The notes under the pieces were generated by a model that was not told the DNA's origin, ran no database searches, and saw only the letters and a list, made by a program, of their open reading frames with translations. Source: an uncultured virus (IMG/VR IMGVR_UViG_3300044646_000553) (Duplodnaviria > Heunggongvirae > Uroviricota > Caudoviricetes). Taken from it: 64,000 nucleotides of DNA. The translations under genes were made by a program, and so were the position numbers. The DNA lies in IMG/VR virus record IMGVR_UViG_3300044646_000553, one strand, 5' to 3'. Of the stretch, positions 39,042-48,885 are shown piece by piece; the first letter of the stretch is position 1; every line of letters begins with the position of its first letter.

Positions 39042-39042
39042 T
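39034..39042 (+). promoter_or_regulatory. Extended -10 promoter (TGGTATAAT) overlapping the upstream stop, leaderless
   Basis: ATG 39049 lies 6 nt after the hexamer. Confidence 0.6.
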
Positions 39043-39048
39043 TATATT

Positions 39049-39492
39049 ATGGCAATTTTACCATTACCCGAAAGAGGACAGCCACTAGACGTAACCTATC
39101 TTTACCAGATAGTTAAGGCTATTAACGATCTCTCAACACAAGCATCAACATCTATATATAAGTATGTAACTGTAGACACGCCTAATGCAGGAAAGCAAAG
39201 CGTTAAAACCTCAGAAGCAAGAATTATTGGAGGTTATGTCCAGGTAACGTCTAGTTCTTCACAAACTGCTGGCTCCTCTCAACCCTTTTCTTATAATTTT
39301 CCAAGTGAATTTAAGTTTGCCCCAATTGTTACTGCAACACCAATAAACATTGGAAATACTGATGCTGGAAAAGATGTTACAGTAACCTTGTCAGCCATTA
39401 CAACATCTGGAATTTCTGGAACAGTAAAGTTTAATGTTGGCGGAGATACTTCTATAGGAGTTAATCTAATAATAGTTGGAATTCCTAACTGA
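39049..39492 (+). CDS. Putative short fibre/lectin-like tail protein
   Basis: C-terminal FPSEFKFAPIVTAT...NLIIVGIP resembles gp53-like/H-lectin fibre tips. Confidence 0.45.
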   Translation: MAILPLPERGQPLDVTYLYQIVKAINDLSTQASTSIYKYVTVDTPNAGKQSVKTSEARIIGGYVQVTSSSSQTAGSSQPFSYNFPSEFKFAPIVTATPINIGNTDAGKDVTVTLSAITTSGISGTVKFNVGGDTSIGVNLIIVGIPN

Positions 39493-39683
39493 TGATTTTT
39501 TGTAAAAGATGCAAAGGTAGAATGTTTCTTGATCGACAATATTCAGAAATCAATAATCTAGAAATGTATTGCATGTCTTGTGGAGCAAGAGCATTTTTCC
39601 ATCCACCTAGTAATTCTCAGGAGGGCAAGTGGCTATTAAAAAGGGAACAATTGAGAGCGAAGGCTACAATGTCCTCCCTGTAA
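39492..39683 (+). CDS. Small zinc-ribbon protein
   Basis: CKRC...CMSC. Confidence 0.65.
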   Translation: MIFCKRCKGRMFLDRQYSEINNLEMYCMSCGARAFFHPPSNSQEGKWLLKREQLRAKATMSSL

Positions 39684-40171
39684 TTCCAGGGAATAAAAAA
39701 GTTTGGTTTTTAAATAAAGACCTAGTAAGAGTTCATCATCTTAACAAGTCTAATGGAATAATGTCTGTTTATAATATAACAAAAGATCAAATTGAAAGTT
39801 GTTTAATTAGTGATTTTAAAAATAAAAGAGAGCGAGCCTATACCGTAGGTCAGACTGCTGATTTAGTTAATCGTCATAAAAAATATATGCCATCATTAAT
39901 GAAACGAGGAGTCATTCCATTTCCGACGGGATCTCAAAAAGGTGGAGCAAGAGGATTTCAAGTAAGGTCATACTATTCAGAATCCCAAGTAAGAGAGATT
40001 CGTGATATACTTGCTACACACCATATTGGCAGACCAAGAAAAGATAAACTAATTACTAATGATATTACGCCCAGCAAGCAAGAGTTGACACGCAGAATGG
40101 GCGATGGTATACTTACATATACGAGAACAGAAGATGGACGGTTTGTACCCATTTGGGGCGAATCTATTTAG
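39629..40171 (+). CDS. HTH (MerR/excisionase-like) DNA-binding protein
   Basis: YTVGQTADLVNRH...MKRGVIP...YYSESQV. Confidence 0.55.
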   Translation: MAIKKGTIESEGYNVLPVIPGNKKVWFLNKDLVRVHHLNKSNGIMSVYNITKDQIESCLISDFKNKRERAYTVGQTADLVNRHKKYMPSLMKRGVIPFPTGSQKGGARGFQVRSYYSESQVREIRDILATHHIGRPRKDKLITNDITPSKQELTRRMGDGILTYTRTEDGRFVPIWGESI

Positions 40172-40184
40172 CGAAGGGTATAGC

Positions 40185-40394
40185 ATGGAAAATGAATCAA
40201 CAAAGGTATCTGTAACACTGGGGTACACATTAAATCTAGGAAACTTTCAATCACTAAGGCTTGACCTTGGAGTAGTTGACTCTAAGCGTGACGGAGAAAA
40301 TACCGATCAGGCTTTTGAGCGTGTCTACAAGTTTGTTGAAGACAAATTAACTGCCAAGATTTTAGAAGCACAAACCGAGGCTGAAGAGAAGTAA
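40185..40394 (+). CDS. Hypothetical protein
   Basis: MENESTK start after a GAAGGG SD; TLNLGNFQSLRLD motif. Confidence 0.7.
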   Translation: MENESTKVSVTLGYTLNLGNFQSLRLDLGVVDSKRDGENTDQAFERVYKFVEDKLTAKILEAQTEAEEK

Positions 40395-40702
40395 TGGCTG
40401 AACGCAAAGACCGTATGGCTTTGCTTTCAAGATACAGCAAGTATCATACCGCAAGGTACGAATCAAAGCCATCTCTGAACCTAAATGTAGAACAGTGGGC
40501 ATCTGATGCTCTCATTGAGTCCTACACCTTGCCAGGATGTTACGATATACTTGAGTATTACTTTGCTGTTTCAGAAACCCCATCATGGAATTACTTTGCA
40601 TATAATGCAGAAAAAATATTACAGGCAAAAAAAGATAGACTGAAAGATAGTCAAGAGAGAGCAGAGCGTAGACGAATGGCTAAGGAGTGGCTAAGTGAAT
40701 AA
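40394..40702 (+). CDS. Hypothetical protein (possible helicase partner)
   Basis: 102 aa, coupled to dnaB. Confidence 0.65.
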   Translation: MAERKDRMALLSRYSKYHTARYESKPSLNLNVEQWASDALIESYTLPGCYDILEYYFAVSETPSWNYFAYNAEKILQAKKDRLKDSQERAERRRMAKEWLSE

Positions 40703-41915
40703 CACAGAGTCAAAATTAATCACTGCCGTTCTTCAGGATAAGCATATTCATGTTCTGCTACAGGCCAATGTCGACAATCTTCTTAGAACTCATGGAGATA
40801 TCTGGAACTTCATAAGACTTTATTTTGAGAATAATTCATCTCTTCCGCCAACAGACCTAGTAAGAGAAAAGTTTCGTGACTTTGATCCAGTGCCAGGTGT
40901 TGGGTCAACAAAGCATCACCTTGAAGAGTTGCAGGGAGAGTATCTACGGGACAGCCTAAAAGACATATTAAGGTCTGCTGCCACCGATGTTCAACAGGGT
41001 GAGGGTGGCAAGGCTTTAGAGGGTCTTATCACAAAGACCTCAGAACTAAAAAAGAATACTGCTGCTATTCGTGATATTGATGTAACAGACCTAGAGTCTG
41101 CGATTGCTTACTTTGAAAATGTAAAGAAGCAACAAGCCCTAGGACATGTTGGCATCAAGACTGGCTTGCCAGGATTTGACAACTATTTACCCTCTGGAAT
41201 CATGCCAGGGCAGTTGGGAGTCTTCTTGGCATACCCAGGTATCGGAAAGTCGTGGTTGGCTCTCTATTTCGCTGTACAGGCCTGGAAACAGGGTCGTAGC
41301 CCACTGGTCATAAGCCTTGAAATGAGCGAAACGGAAGTCCGTAATCGTGTCTTTACTATCATGGGTGAGGGCCGTTGGTCACACAGAAAGTTGAGTAACG
41401 GAGAGATAGAGTTGGACATGCTTAAGGAATGGCATGAAAAAAACCTACAAGGCAAACCAGAGTTTCACATTATCTCAAACGATCAGGGTGGGGAAATCAA
41501 CCCATCTGTTCTTCGTGGAAAGATTGACCAGTACAAGCCAGACTTTGTAATCGTTGACTACCTTCAGTTAATGGCACCTAATCAAAAGTCAGATAATGAA
41601 ACGGTACGAATGAAGAACCTTTCACGAGAACTAAAACTAATGGCTATTGGTGAAGAGGTTCCTATTATTGCTATCTCTTCTGCTACCCCAGACGATGTCA
41701 ACGACCTGTCTACGGTTCCTACTTTAGGTCAGACAGCATGGTCTAGACAGATTGCCTACGATGCTGACTGGGTACTTGCTTTAGGTCGTGGTGCCAATAG
41801 CGATATCATTGAGTGTGCCTTTAGAAAGAATCGTAATGGATTTATGGGAGACTTCCTGGTCCAATGCGATTTTGACAAGGGATACTATAGATACAAAGAC
41901 TATGAAGATAAGTAG
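40695..41915 (+). CDS. dnaB: DnaB-like replicative helicase
   Basis: Walker A AYPGIGKS, ISLEMS, IVDYLQL, AYDAD, KNRNG. Confidence 0.93.
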   Translation: MNNTESKLITAVLQDKHIHVLLQANVDNLLRTHGDIWNFIRLYFENNSSLPPTDLVREKFRDFDPVPGVGSTKHHLEELQGEYLRDSLKDILRSAATDVQQGEGGKALEGLITKTSELKKNTAAIRDIDVTDLESAIAYFENVKKQQALGHVGIKTGLPGFDNYLPSGIMPGQLGVFLAYPGIGKSWLALYFAVQAWKQGRSPLVISLEMSETEVRNRVFTIMGEGRWSHRKLSNGEIELDMLKEWHEKNLQGKPEFHIISNDQGGEINPSVLRGKIDQYKPDFVIVDYLQLMAPNQKSDNETVRMKNLSRELKLMAIGEEVPIIAISSATPDDVNDLSTVPTLGQTAWSRQIAYDADWVLALGRGANSDIIECAFRKNRNGFMGDFLVQCDFDKGYYRYKDYEDK

Positions 41916-41927
41916 TTATAATATGGT

Positions 41928-42299
41928 ATGTCACAAACTAAGGAGAACATCCCTCCAGATTTCTATCATCACAAGCCACTTAAAAGGTTTTATATAAGTG
42001 GCATAATCCAAGACGAGGCTTTGCTTGGAAGATTAAAAATAGAATACGTAAGATTATTAGTTTCAGAGATGAGGTTGAGTGGGTATGTTCCAAGAATTGA
42101 CATTGACCCAGACTTCACTTTACGGTATAATGATAGTAAAGACTTTTTTGAATTTGAATTATCAGTACACGGAGTTTACGCAGGGAAAAGGAAAAGCGAA
42201 TGGATAGCAGGAATAGACGGAACCAGCCTAGTCCCTATACAGCCGAGCAAGTTAAAAGAGTCCTTGCAGGATCAGGCACAACAGTCGAGTCAGAACTAG
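41928..42299 (+). CDS. Hypothetical protein
   Basis: 123 aa. TATAAT at 41917-41922 lies 5 nt before the ATG. 3' end overlaps primase by 100 nt. Confidence 0.7.
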   Translation: MSQTKENIPPDFYHHKPLKRFYISGIIQDEALLGRLKIEYVRLLVSEMRLSGYVPRIDIDPDFTLRYNDSKDFFEFELSVHGVYAGKRKSEWIAGIDGTSLVPIQPSKLKESLQDQAQQSSQN

Positions 42300-43144
42300 A
42301 TGCAGATTTTATAATATTTTGTCCATTTCATAATAATCACAGAACCCCCGCAGCAGAAGTACACAAAACCAATGGGATGTTCTTTTGTTTCTCATGTCAA
42401 AAGTCTGCAGACTTAATAGAGTTAGTAATGCATACCTCTGGCAGAACATATTTTGAGGCAGCAAGGTTTATAAAGAGTAAAGAAAAAGCAAGTAATCTTG
42501 CTATAGAGATTGATCGTGCTCTTATCAAAGAAGAACAATACAGGCCATTTGACGAACTAATTATAAAAAGACTTCATAACAACCTTGTTGCATCTGATAG
42601 AGCCAAAAATTATTTTCAGTATCGTAAATTAACTAAACAGTCTTGTGTTAAATTTTCTTTAGGGTATTCAGAAAAACAGGATATGGTTACAGTTCCAGTG
42701 CATAGTCCAGACGGCATACCCCTTGGTTTTGTTGGAAGATCCATTGAAGGTAAAGACTTTAAAAATACTCCAGGTCTGCCTAAAAGCAAAACTCTTTTCA
42801 ACTTGCATCGTGTAAAGAAATCTGATATAGTATATGTAGTAGAGTCTTCGTTTGATGTAATCAGACTTGACCAATTGGACATACCTGCAGTCGCAACGCT
42901 TGGGGCCAATGTCTCAGGAAAACAAATAGAATTGCTTCAGAAGTATTTCAATAACATTCTTGTTATTGCAGATAATGATGAGGCAGGAGGAAACATGAAA
43001 AACAGGATAATTGAAAAACTTGGATCTCGTGTTTCCGTTATACAACTAAATAAACAATACAAAGACATAGGCGATATGCCAGACGAAGAAATTAAAAGTT
43101 TAAGGTCTTCGTTTGACAAAACCATAGAGTCTATGCTAAACTAA
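42200..43144 (+). CDS. dnaG: DNA primase (Zn finger + TOPRIM)
   Basis: CPFH...CFSC zinc-binding domain, GFVGR, VESSFD, DND. Confidence 0.9.
   Translation: MDSRNRRNQPSPYTAEQVKRVLAGSGTTVESELDADFIIFCPFHNNHRTPAAEVHKTNGMFFCFSCQKSADLIELVMHTSGRTYFEAARFIKSKEKASNLAIEIDRALIKEEQYRPFDELIIKRLHNNLVASDRAKNYFQYRKLTKQSCVKFSLGYSEKQDMVTVPVHSPDGIPLGFVGRSIEGKDFKNTPGLPKSKTLFNLHRVKKSDIVYVVESSFDVIRLDQLDIPAVATLGANVSGKQIELLQKYFNNILVIADNDEAGGNMKNRIIEKLGSRVSVIQLNKQYKDIGDMPDEEIKSLRSSFDKTIESMLN
43113..43142 (+). promoter_or_regulatory. Sigma70/SigA-type promoter for ssb-dnaE
   Basis: TTGACA-N18-TAAACT with extended TG, inside the 3' end of dnaG. Confidence 0.6.
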
Positions 43145-43169
43145 TACAAACACACAAAGGAGAAAAAAT

Positions 43170-43826
43170 ATGAGCATTGTAAAGGGAATCAAGAACATTA
43201 ATGCCCTGCTCGATAGACCAAAGTATGAAAACGAAGGGCCAAAAGTAAAGTGGCTCAAACTAGCAGACGGTCAGTCTGTAAAAATCCGATTCATTGAAGA
43301 ACTTGATGAGGACTCTGCAAACTATGCAGAAAAGCGTGGCTTAGCACTTGTTGTTAAGGAGCATGTAAATCCAAAGGACTACAAGCGAAAGGCTGTAGAC
43401 ACAATGGAAACAGAAGGCCGTGACTGGGCAGAAGAAATGCACCGTAAAGATCCAAAGGCTGGATGGCGTGGCCGTCTTCGCTTTTACTGCAACGTCCTAG
43501 TTGACGATGGCATTGAAGCACCATATGTTGCTATCTGGTCAATGGGTATCAGCAAGCAATCATCATTTAATACAATTCGTGAGTATGCTCTTGAAACAGG
43601 AAGCATCTCAAACGTAGTATGGAAGTTAAAGCGTAATGGTCAGGGTACTGAAACTAATTACACACTAATTCCATCAGCACCAGATAAGGAACCATTTGAT
43701 TGGAAAGATATCGAACCTTATCCTTTGGAGTCAGCACTAAAGAAGATTCCATATGCGGAACAAGAAGCGTTCTACCTGGGCTTTGATGGCCCTTCAGTAA
43801 CTTCATCTACCAACGCTGATTGGTAA
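43170..43826 (+). CDS. Single-stranded DNA-binding protein (gp32-like)
   Basis: WLKLADGQSVKIRF, RNGQGTETNY, C-terminal ..NADW; between primase and polymerase; strong SD. Confidence 0.65.
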   Translation: MSIVKGIKNINALLDRPKYENEGPKVKWLKLADGQSVKIRFIEELDEDSANYAEKRGLALVVKEHVNPKDYKRKAVDTMETEGRDWAEEMHRKDPKAGWRGRLRFYCNVLVDDGIEAPYVAIWSMGISKQSSFNTIREYALETGSISNVVWKLKRNGQGTETNYTLIPSAPDKEPFDWKDIEPYPLESALKKIPYAEQEAFYLGFDGPSVTSSTNADW

Positions 43827-43827
43827 G

Positions 43828-46800
43828 ATGAACTACGTAGGCCTACATGTCCATACCCATTTTAGTTTGTTTGATGGGATTGCTACTCCAGAAGAATACG
43901 TGAACCGTGCAGTTGAGTTGGGGATGCCAGCAATTGCTATCACCGACCACGGTACTTTATCTGGGCATAGGGAACTGCACCGTATTGCAAAAGCAAAGGG
44001 CATAAAGCCAATTCTTGGGCTAGAGGGATACATGTGTGCAGACATATCTGATACACGAGATAAGTCTGAAAGAGAAGGTCAACAAGATCTTGTCTACAAT
44101 CACATTATCCTTCTAGCCAAGAATCAAATTGGTTTAGAAAACCTCAACAAGATTAGTGAACTATCTTGGACAGATGGTTTTTTTAAAAAGCCACGATTTG
44201 ACTTTACTATTTTAGAAAAATACAAAGAAGGAATTATCGTAACATCTGCTTGCCCAAGTAGTGTACTTGTAAAAGCGTTAGAAGAAGAAGAATTTGCTCT
44301 TGCTAAGAAATATATCTCTTGGTTTAAAGAACGGTTTGGCAATGACTACTATATTGAAGTAATGCCACATAACGAACCCCACATAAATAAGTATCTTATA
44401 GAATTAGCAGACGAATTTGGAATTAAGGTTGTTGTTACTCCAGACTGCCACCATGTTGATTCATCACAAAAAGAAGTTCAAGAATTTAAGTTGCTTTTAA
44501 ATACACATGGCAAGTTTGTAAAAGATGCTACATATGAAAAATCAAAAAAGAAAAAAGACATGATGGAACGACTTGACTATCTTTATGGCGAAGACCGTCA
44601 GATTACATTTAACAAGTTTGATATTCACCTGCTCTCATATGAAGAGATTAAAGCAGCCATGGAATCGCAGGGTATTGATAGACCAGACATATACTCAAAC
44701 ACACTCCTATTAGCAGATACAGTAGGAGACTATGGCATTCAGGAAGGTCTCAATCTTCTTCCAGTACAGTACAAGAGCCCTGATAAAGAACTTGCGAAGG
44801 TTGCTATGGAAGGCTTGGTTGAACGAGGATTGTCAGAAAAACAAGAGTATCTTGACAGACTTGAAGAAGAATTACAGATTATTAAAGACAAAAAGTTTGC
44901 ACCATACTTCCTTGTTGTAAGCAACATGATTAACTGGGCCAAGAAGGAAGAGATCATGGTTGGTCCTGGTCGTGGCTCATCTGCTGGTTCTCTAGTTTGC
45001 TACGCATTAAAGATTACGGACATTGATCCTATTGAGCACAAACTTTTGTTCTTCCGTTTTATTAACCCAGAGCGTAATGACTTTCCAGACATTGATACAG
45101 ATATTCAGGATACTCGTCGTGAAGAAGTAAAAGATTATTTAGTTAGACAGTATCGACATGTTGCATCTATTGCTACCTTCCTTGAATTTACTGGTAAGGG
45201 GATTGTCAGAGATGTTGCACGAATATTAAACATTCCTCTTTCAGATGTAAATAAAGTATTAAAGACGGTAGACTCCTGGGACGATTATTGTACATCAAAA
45301 TCAACATACGAGTTTCGTGAAAAGTATCCAGAAGTAGAAGTTTACGGAGAACAACTTCGTGGTCGTATTCGTGGAACAGGCATACATGCAGCAGGTGTAG
45401 TAACAAGCAAGGAGCCAATATTTAGATATGCACCTCTTGAAACTAGATCTTCTACTGGATCTGATGAAAGAATTCCAGTGGTTGGTGTTGATATGGAAGA
45501 AGCCGAAAGGATTGGCTTGATTAAGATTGATGCATTAGGACTTAAGACTCTTTCAGTTCTTAAAGATACTATTGACATAATTAAAGAGCGAGATGGCAAG
45601 AAGATTGACCTTCTTAAAATCAAGATGGATGATGCAAATGTTTATCAGATGTTATCAGACGGATACACAAAAGGTGTGTTCCAGTGTGAAGCAGCACCAT
45701 ACACAAACCTTCTTGTTAAGATGGGCGTTAAAAACCTAAACGAACTTGCAGCATCCAATGCTCTTGTTCGTCCAGGTGCTATGAATACCATTGGAAAGGA
45801 CTATGTTGATCGTAAACATGGTCGTCAAAATATATCTTACACACACCAAGTACTAAAAGAATTTACGGAGGACACATATGGCTGTATTCTTTACCAGGAA
45901 CAAGTTATGCAAGCATGCGTACACCTTGGCGGTATGTCCATGTCGGAAGCAGACAAAGTTAGAAAGATCATTGGAAAGAAAAAAGATGCTAAAGAATTTG
46001 ATCAGTTTAAAGAAAAGTTTGTAGAGGGAGCATCCAAATATATTACACCGCATGCTGCTTTAGACTTATGGCATGACTTTGAGGCTCACGCAGGGTACTC
46101 ATTTAATAAGTCTCACGCAGTAGCGTACTCAACCCTATCCTATTGGACAGCATGGTTAAAGTATTATTATCCACTTGAGTTCATGTACTCAGTGTTAAAG
46201 AATGAAAAGGATAAAGATGCAAGAACTGAATACCTTATTGAGGCAAAAAGAATGGGCATTAGCGTTAAGTTACCTCACATTAACGATTCGGATATCGATT
46301 TTAAAATTGAGGGTAAGGGTATTCGGTTTGGGCTCACTGCTATCAAGTTTATATCTGACAAAATTGCAGAAAGATATATTACAGCACGACCATTTAGTTC
46401 TTACAAAGAACTTGAAGAGTTTACCTTTACAAAGGGTAATGGAGTAAACTCTAGGGCACTTCAGGCACTGAAGGCTATTGGTGCTGCAACATTTCTAGAT
46501 AATCCAAGGGATGATAAAGCAATTAAAGAAAATCTTTATGAGTTTTTAAACCTTCCAGAGTTTAATATCACAATACCTTCTCACTACTATGCATTTATTC
46601 AGGATATTGTTGACTTTGAAGAAAAGGGATCATATATATTTATGGGTATGGTAAAATCAATTAAACGAGGAACAGGATGGTCACGAGTTGAAATTTTGGA
46701 CAAGACTGGGTCTGTGGGCATATTTGATGATGAAAATACAACTATTGAGACAGGTCGCTCTTATTTGGTTCTTTGTAATGATAATCGGATTGTATCTTTC

Positions 46801-47103
46801 ATTCCGTCTGAAGAAATAAAAGAGTCATCTCATGCTCTTGTTAAGTTTTTAGGATACAAACAGTTACCATTCAAAGATGATGAAATGTTTGTGGTTTCCT
46901 TTAAGCCAAGAGTTACTAAGGCTGGAAAGAAAATGGCGTCACTTACACTGGCAGACACAAAGAGAGATCTTCATTCGATTACAGTGTTTCCAACATCTTT
47001 TCCAAAAGCATATATGCATATCGAAGAAGGAAAGTATTACAAGTTTGATTTTGGCAAGACTAAAGACGGAACCGTAACATTGGAGGATGTACATGTCAGT
47101 TAG
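43828..47103 (+). CDS. dnaE: DNA polymerase III alpha subunit (family C)
   Basis: PHP domain HVHTHFSLFDG, TDHG; GRGSSAG; FPDIDTD; HAAG; YSFNKSH. Confidence 0.95.
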   Translation: MNYVGLHVHTHFSLFDGIATPEEYVNRAVELGMPAIAITDHGTLSGHRELHRIAKAKGIKPILGLEGYMCADISDTRDKSEREGQQDLVYNHIILLAKNQIGLENLNKISELSWTDGFFKKPRFDFTILEKYKEGIIVTSACPSSVLVKALEEEEFALAKKYISWFKERFGNDYYIEVMPHNEPHINKYLIELADEFGIKVVVTPDCHHVDSSQKEVQEFKLLLNTHGKFVKDATYEKSKKKKDMMERLDYLYGEDRQITFNKFDIHLLSYEEIKAAMESQGIDRPDIYSNTLLLADTVGDYGIQEGLNLLPVQYKSPDKELAKVAMEGLVERGLSEKQEYLDRLEEELQIIKDKKFAPYFLVVSNMINWAKKEEIMVGPGRGSSAGSLVCYALKITDIDPIEHKLLFFRFINPERNDFPDIDTDIQDTRREEVKDYLVRQYRHVASIATFLEFTGKGIVRDVARILNIPLSDVNKVLKTVDSWDDYCTSKSTYEFREKYPEVEVYGEQLRGRIRGTGIHAAGVVTSKEPIFRYAPLETRSSTGSDERIPVVGVDMEEAERIGLIKIDALGLKTLSVLKDTIDIIKERDGKKIDLLKIKMDDANVYQMLSDGYTKGVFQCEAAPYTNLLVKMGVKNLNELAASNALVRPGAMNTIGKDYVDRKHGRQNISYTHQVLKEFTEDTYGCILYQEQVMQACVHLGGMSMSEADKVRKIIGKKKDAKEFDQFKEKFVEGASKYITPHAALDLWHDFEAHAGYSFNKSHAVAYSTLSYWTAWLKYYYPLEFMYSVLKNEKDKDARTEYLIEAKRMGISVKLPHINDSDIDFKIEGKGIRFGLTAIKFISDKIAERYITARPFSSYKELEEFTFTKGNGVNSRALQALKAIGAATFLDNPRDDKAIKENLYEFLNLPEFNITIPSHYYAFIQDIVDFEEKGSYIFMGMVKSIKRGTGWSRVEILDKTGSVGIFDDENTTIETGRSYLVLCNDNRIVSFIPSEEIKESSHALVKFLGYKQLPFKDDEMFVVSFKPRVTKAGKKMASLTLADTKRDLHSITVFPTSFPKAYMHIEEGKYYKFDFGKTKDGTVTLEDVHVS

Positions 47104-48103
47104 TATAGAAGAAGCATTAGCACAGTTAGACCCTAAGTTAAGAAAAAGATTAGGCAGTGGTGTAGGTATCAACTATGAGTATCAGCCTACACCTAGTTTT
47201 GGTTTAAACCGTGCTCTTGGTGGTGGTCTACCATACGGAAGACAAGTGCTTATCTGGGGCTCAAAGTCGTCAGCAAAGTCTTCTATGTGTCTTCAGATGA
47301 TTGCTCTAGCACAAGCAGAAGGTAAACTGTGTGCCTGGATTGACTCAGAGATGTCATACTCAGAAGACTGGGCTAGAACTTTAGGGGTAGATCCAGAAAA
47401 ACTAATCTACTCGCAAGCAAGAACCATTAGCGATATGGTAGATGTTGGCGTTGGACTTATGAATGCTGGTGTAGACCTAATCGTGGTAGACTCTATTACA
47501 TCAATGCTTCCTGCAATCTATTTTGAAAAAGATACAGATGAAATGAAAGCGTTAGAAAATACAAAACAGATTGGAGCAGAATCCCGTGACTTTAGCAACG
47601 CATGGAAAATGCTTAATTATGCTAACAACAAAGTTAAGCCTACTCTTCTTGTTCTCATTAGTCAGTCTCGCAATAATATTAACGCTATGTATACTAGCCA
47701 GCAGCCTTCTGGTGGTCAGGCTACTAAGTTTTATTCTTCTTGCATCATTAAGTTATTTAGTTCCGAGTCAGACAATCAAGCGATTAAAGGAAAGATTAAG
47801 GTAGGAGATAAATTAATTGAAGAAAAAATTGGTAGAACTATTAAGTGGGAACTCCAGTTCTCCAAAACCTCTCCAGGGTTCCAGTCTGGTGAGTATGATT
47901 TTTATTTTAGAGGTGACGATATTGGTCTTGACACCATCGGTGATCTGGTTACTACTGCTGAATTAAATGGTATTGTAGAGAGAACAGGTGCTTGGTACAT
48001 CCTTCCTGACGGTTCAAAAGTCCAGGGTAAAGAAGCATTTGTCAATCGGGTAAGAGAGGATCTTGACTTGCAAGAATCAATTAAGTCTAGGTTAAATGAC
48101 TAA
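47093..48103 (+). CDS. recA: RecA-like recombinase
   Basis: LNRALGGGLPYGR, WIDSE, IVVDS, SGGQATKFY, GAWY. Variant P-loop GSKSSAKS. SD GGAGG before ATG 47093. Confidence 0.9.
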   Translation: MSVSIEEALAQLDPKLRKRLGSGVGINYEYQPTPSFGLNRALGGGLPYGRQVLIWGSKSSAKSSMCLQMIALAQAEGKLCAWIDSEMSYSEDWARTLGVDPEKLIYSQARTISDMVDVGVGLMNAGVDLIVVDSITSMLPAIYFEKDTDEMKALENTKQIGAESRDFSNAWKMLNYANNKVKPTLLVLISQSRNNINAMYTSQQPSGGQATKFYSSCIIKLFSSESDNQAIKGKIKVGDKLIEEKIGRTIKWELQFSKTSPGFQSGEYDFYFRGDDIGLDTIGDLVTTAELNGIVERTGAWYILPDGSKVQGKEAFVNRVREDLDLQESIKSRLND

Positions 48104-48272
48104 CTACAGCATATACGAAGGAAAGTTTCCTTGTAAGACTTGTAAAAAAGAAGTAAAAACAATGAGAGTTTATATGGAAACTGGCATGGCTTCTTGGATG
48201 TGTTCAGATAAACATTTGTCAGAAGTCATGTTATTTAAAAAAGGATATAAAAAGGTAAAAAAAAATGACTGA
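48096..48272 (+). CDS. Small Zn-finger protein (58 aa, not in ORF track)
   Basis: MTNYSIYEGKFPCKTC...WMCSDKH...; fills the gap and overlaps both neighbours. Confidence 0.7.
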   Translation: MTNYSIYEGKFPCKTCKKEVKTMRVYMETGMASWMCSDKHLSEVMLFKKGYKKVKKND

Positions 48273-48546
48273 GAAAAGCGAGAGTAAAAGAATTGGTGCC
48301 AAACAGCACAAGAATTCTGGACGCAACACTCAAAAAGGTGATGCCTCTTGGAAAACCTTTGTCGTAGACTTTAAAGAGGTAGGTAAATCTTTTACCTTAA
48401 ACAAAGATGTTTGGGCAAAGGCTACCACCGATGCTATGAAGAATGGCAAAGACCCAGCCATCGTTGTCGTGATAGGCGAGGGTAACTCTAAAGTCAGACT
48501 TGCTATAATTGAAATGAGCATACTAGAAGATATGATGGAGGAATAA
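48265..48546 (+). CDS. PD-(D/E)xK nuclease, Hjc-like Holliday junction resolvase
   Basis: N-terminal E, NSG...KGD, VDFK motif, 93 aa. Confidence 0.55.
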   Translation: MTEKSESKRIGAKQHKNSGRNTQKGDASWKTFVVDFKEVGKSFTLNKDVWAKATTDAMKNGKDPAIVVVIGEGNSKVRLAIIEMSILEDMMEE

Positions 48547-48851
48547 TGGAACAGCAACAGACAACAATAGAGATGGTAAATGGTTTGGCAGAAATAGCAG
48601 ACTATATGCAGGATGAGGAGTTGACTACAGCCCTTACCTTTATAGCCAAGATCATTATCAAACCAGACATACCACTTAATGTGGCAACAGTTGAAATAGT
48701 TCGCTTACAGGCAATCGCTGCAAAGATGTCATTAAAGGCTACATGGATGGCCAATGTTGACAAATCTGACAGGGGAAAGAAGAATCTTTACTATACTGCA
48801 GCGGAGTCAATTAACAATCTTGTATCTGCCCTAAAGTATATAATCCGATAA
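48546..48851 (+). CDS. Hypothetical helical protein
   Basis: 101 aa, coupled, SD GGAGG. Confidence 0.7.
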   Translation: MEQQQTTIEMVNGLAEIADYMQDEELTTALTFIAKIIIKPDIPLNVATVEIVRLQAIAAKMSLKATWMANVDKSDRGKKNLYYTAAESINNLVSALKYIIR

Positions 48852-48853
48852 TC

Positions 48854-48862
48854 TGCTATACT
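48854..48862 (+). promoter_or_regulatory. Extended -10 promoter (TGCTATACT)
   Basis: In the intergenic gap before ORF 48886. Confidence 0.55.
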
Positions 48863-48885
48863 TATAGTACTAGAAACGAGATATA

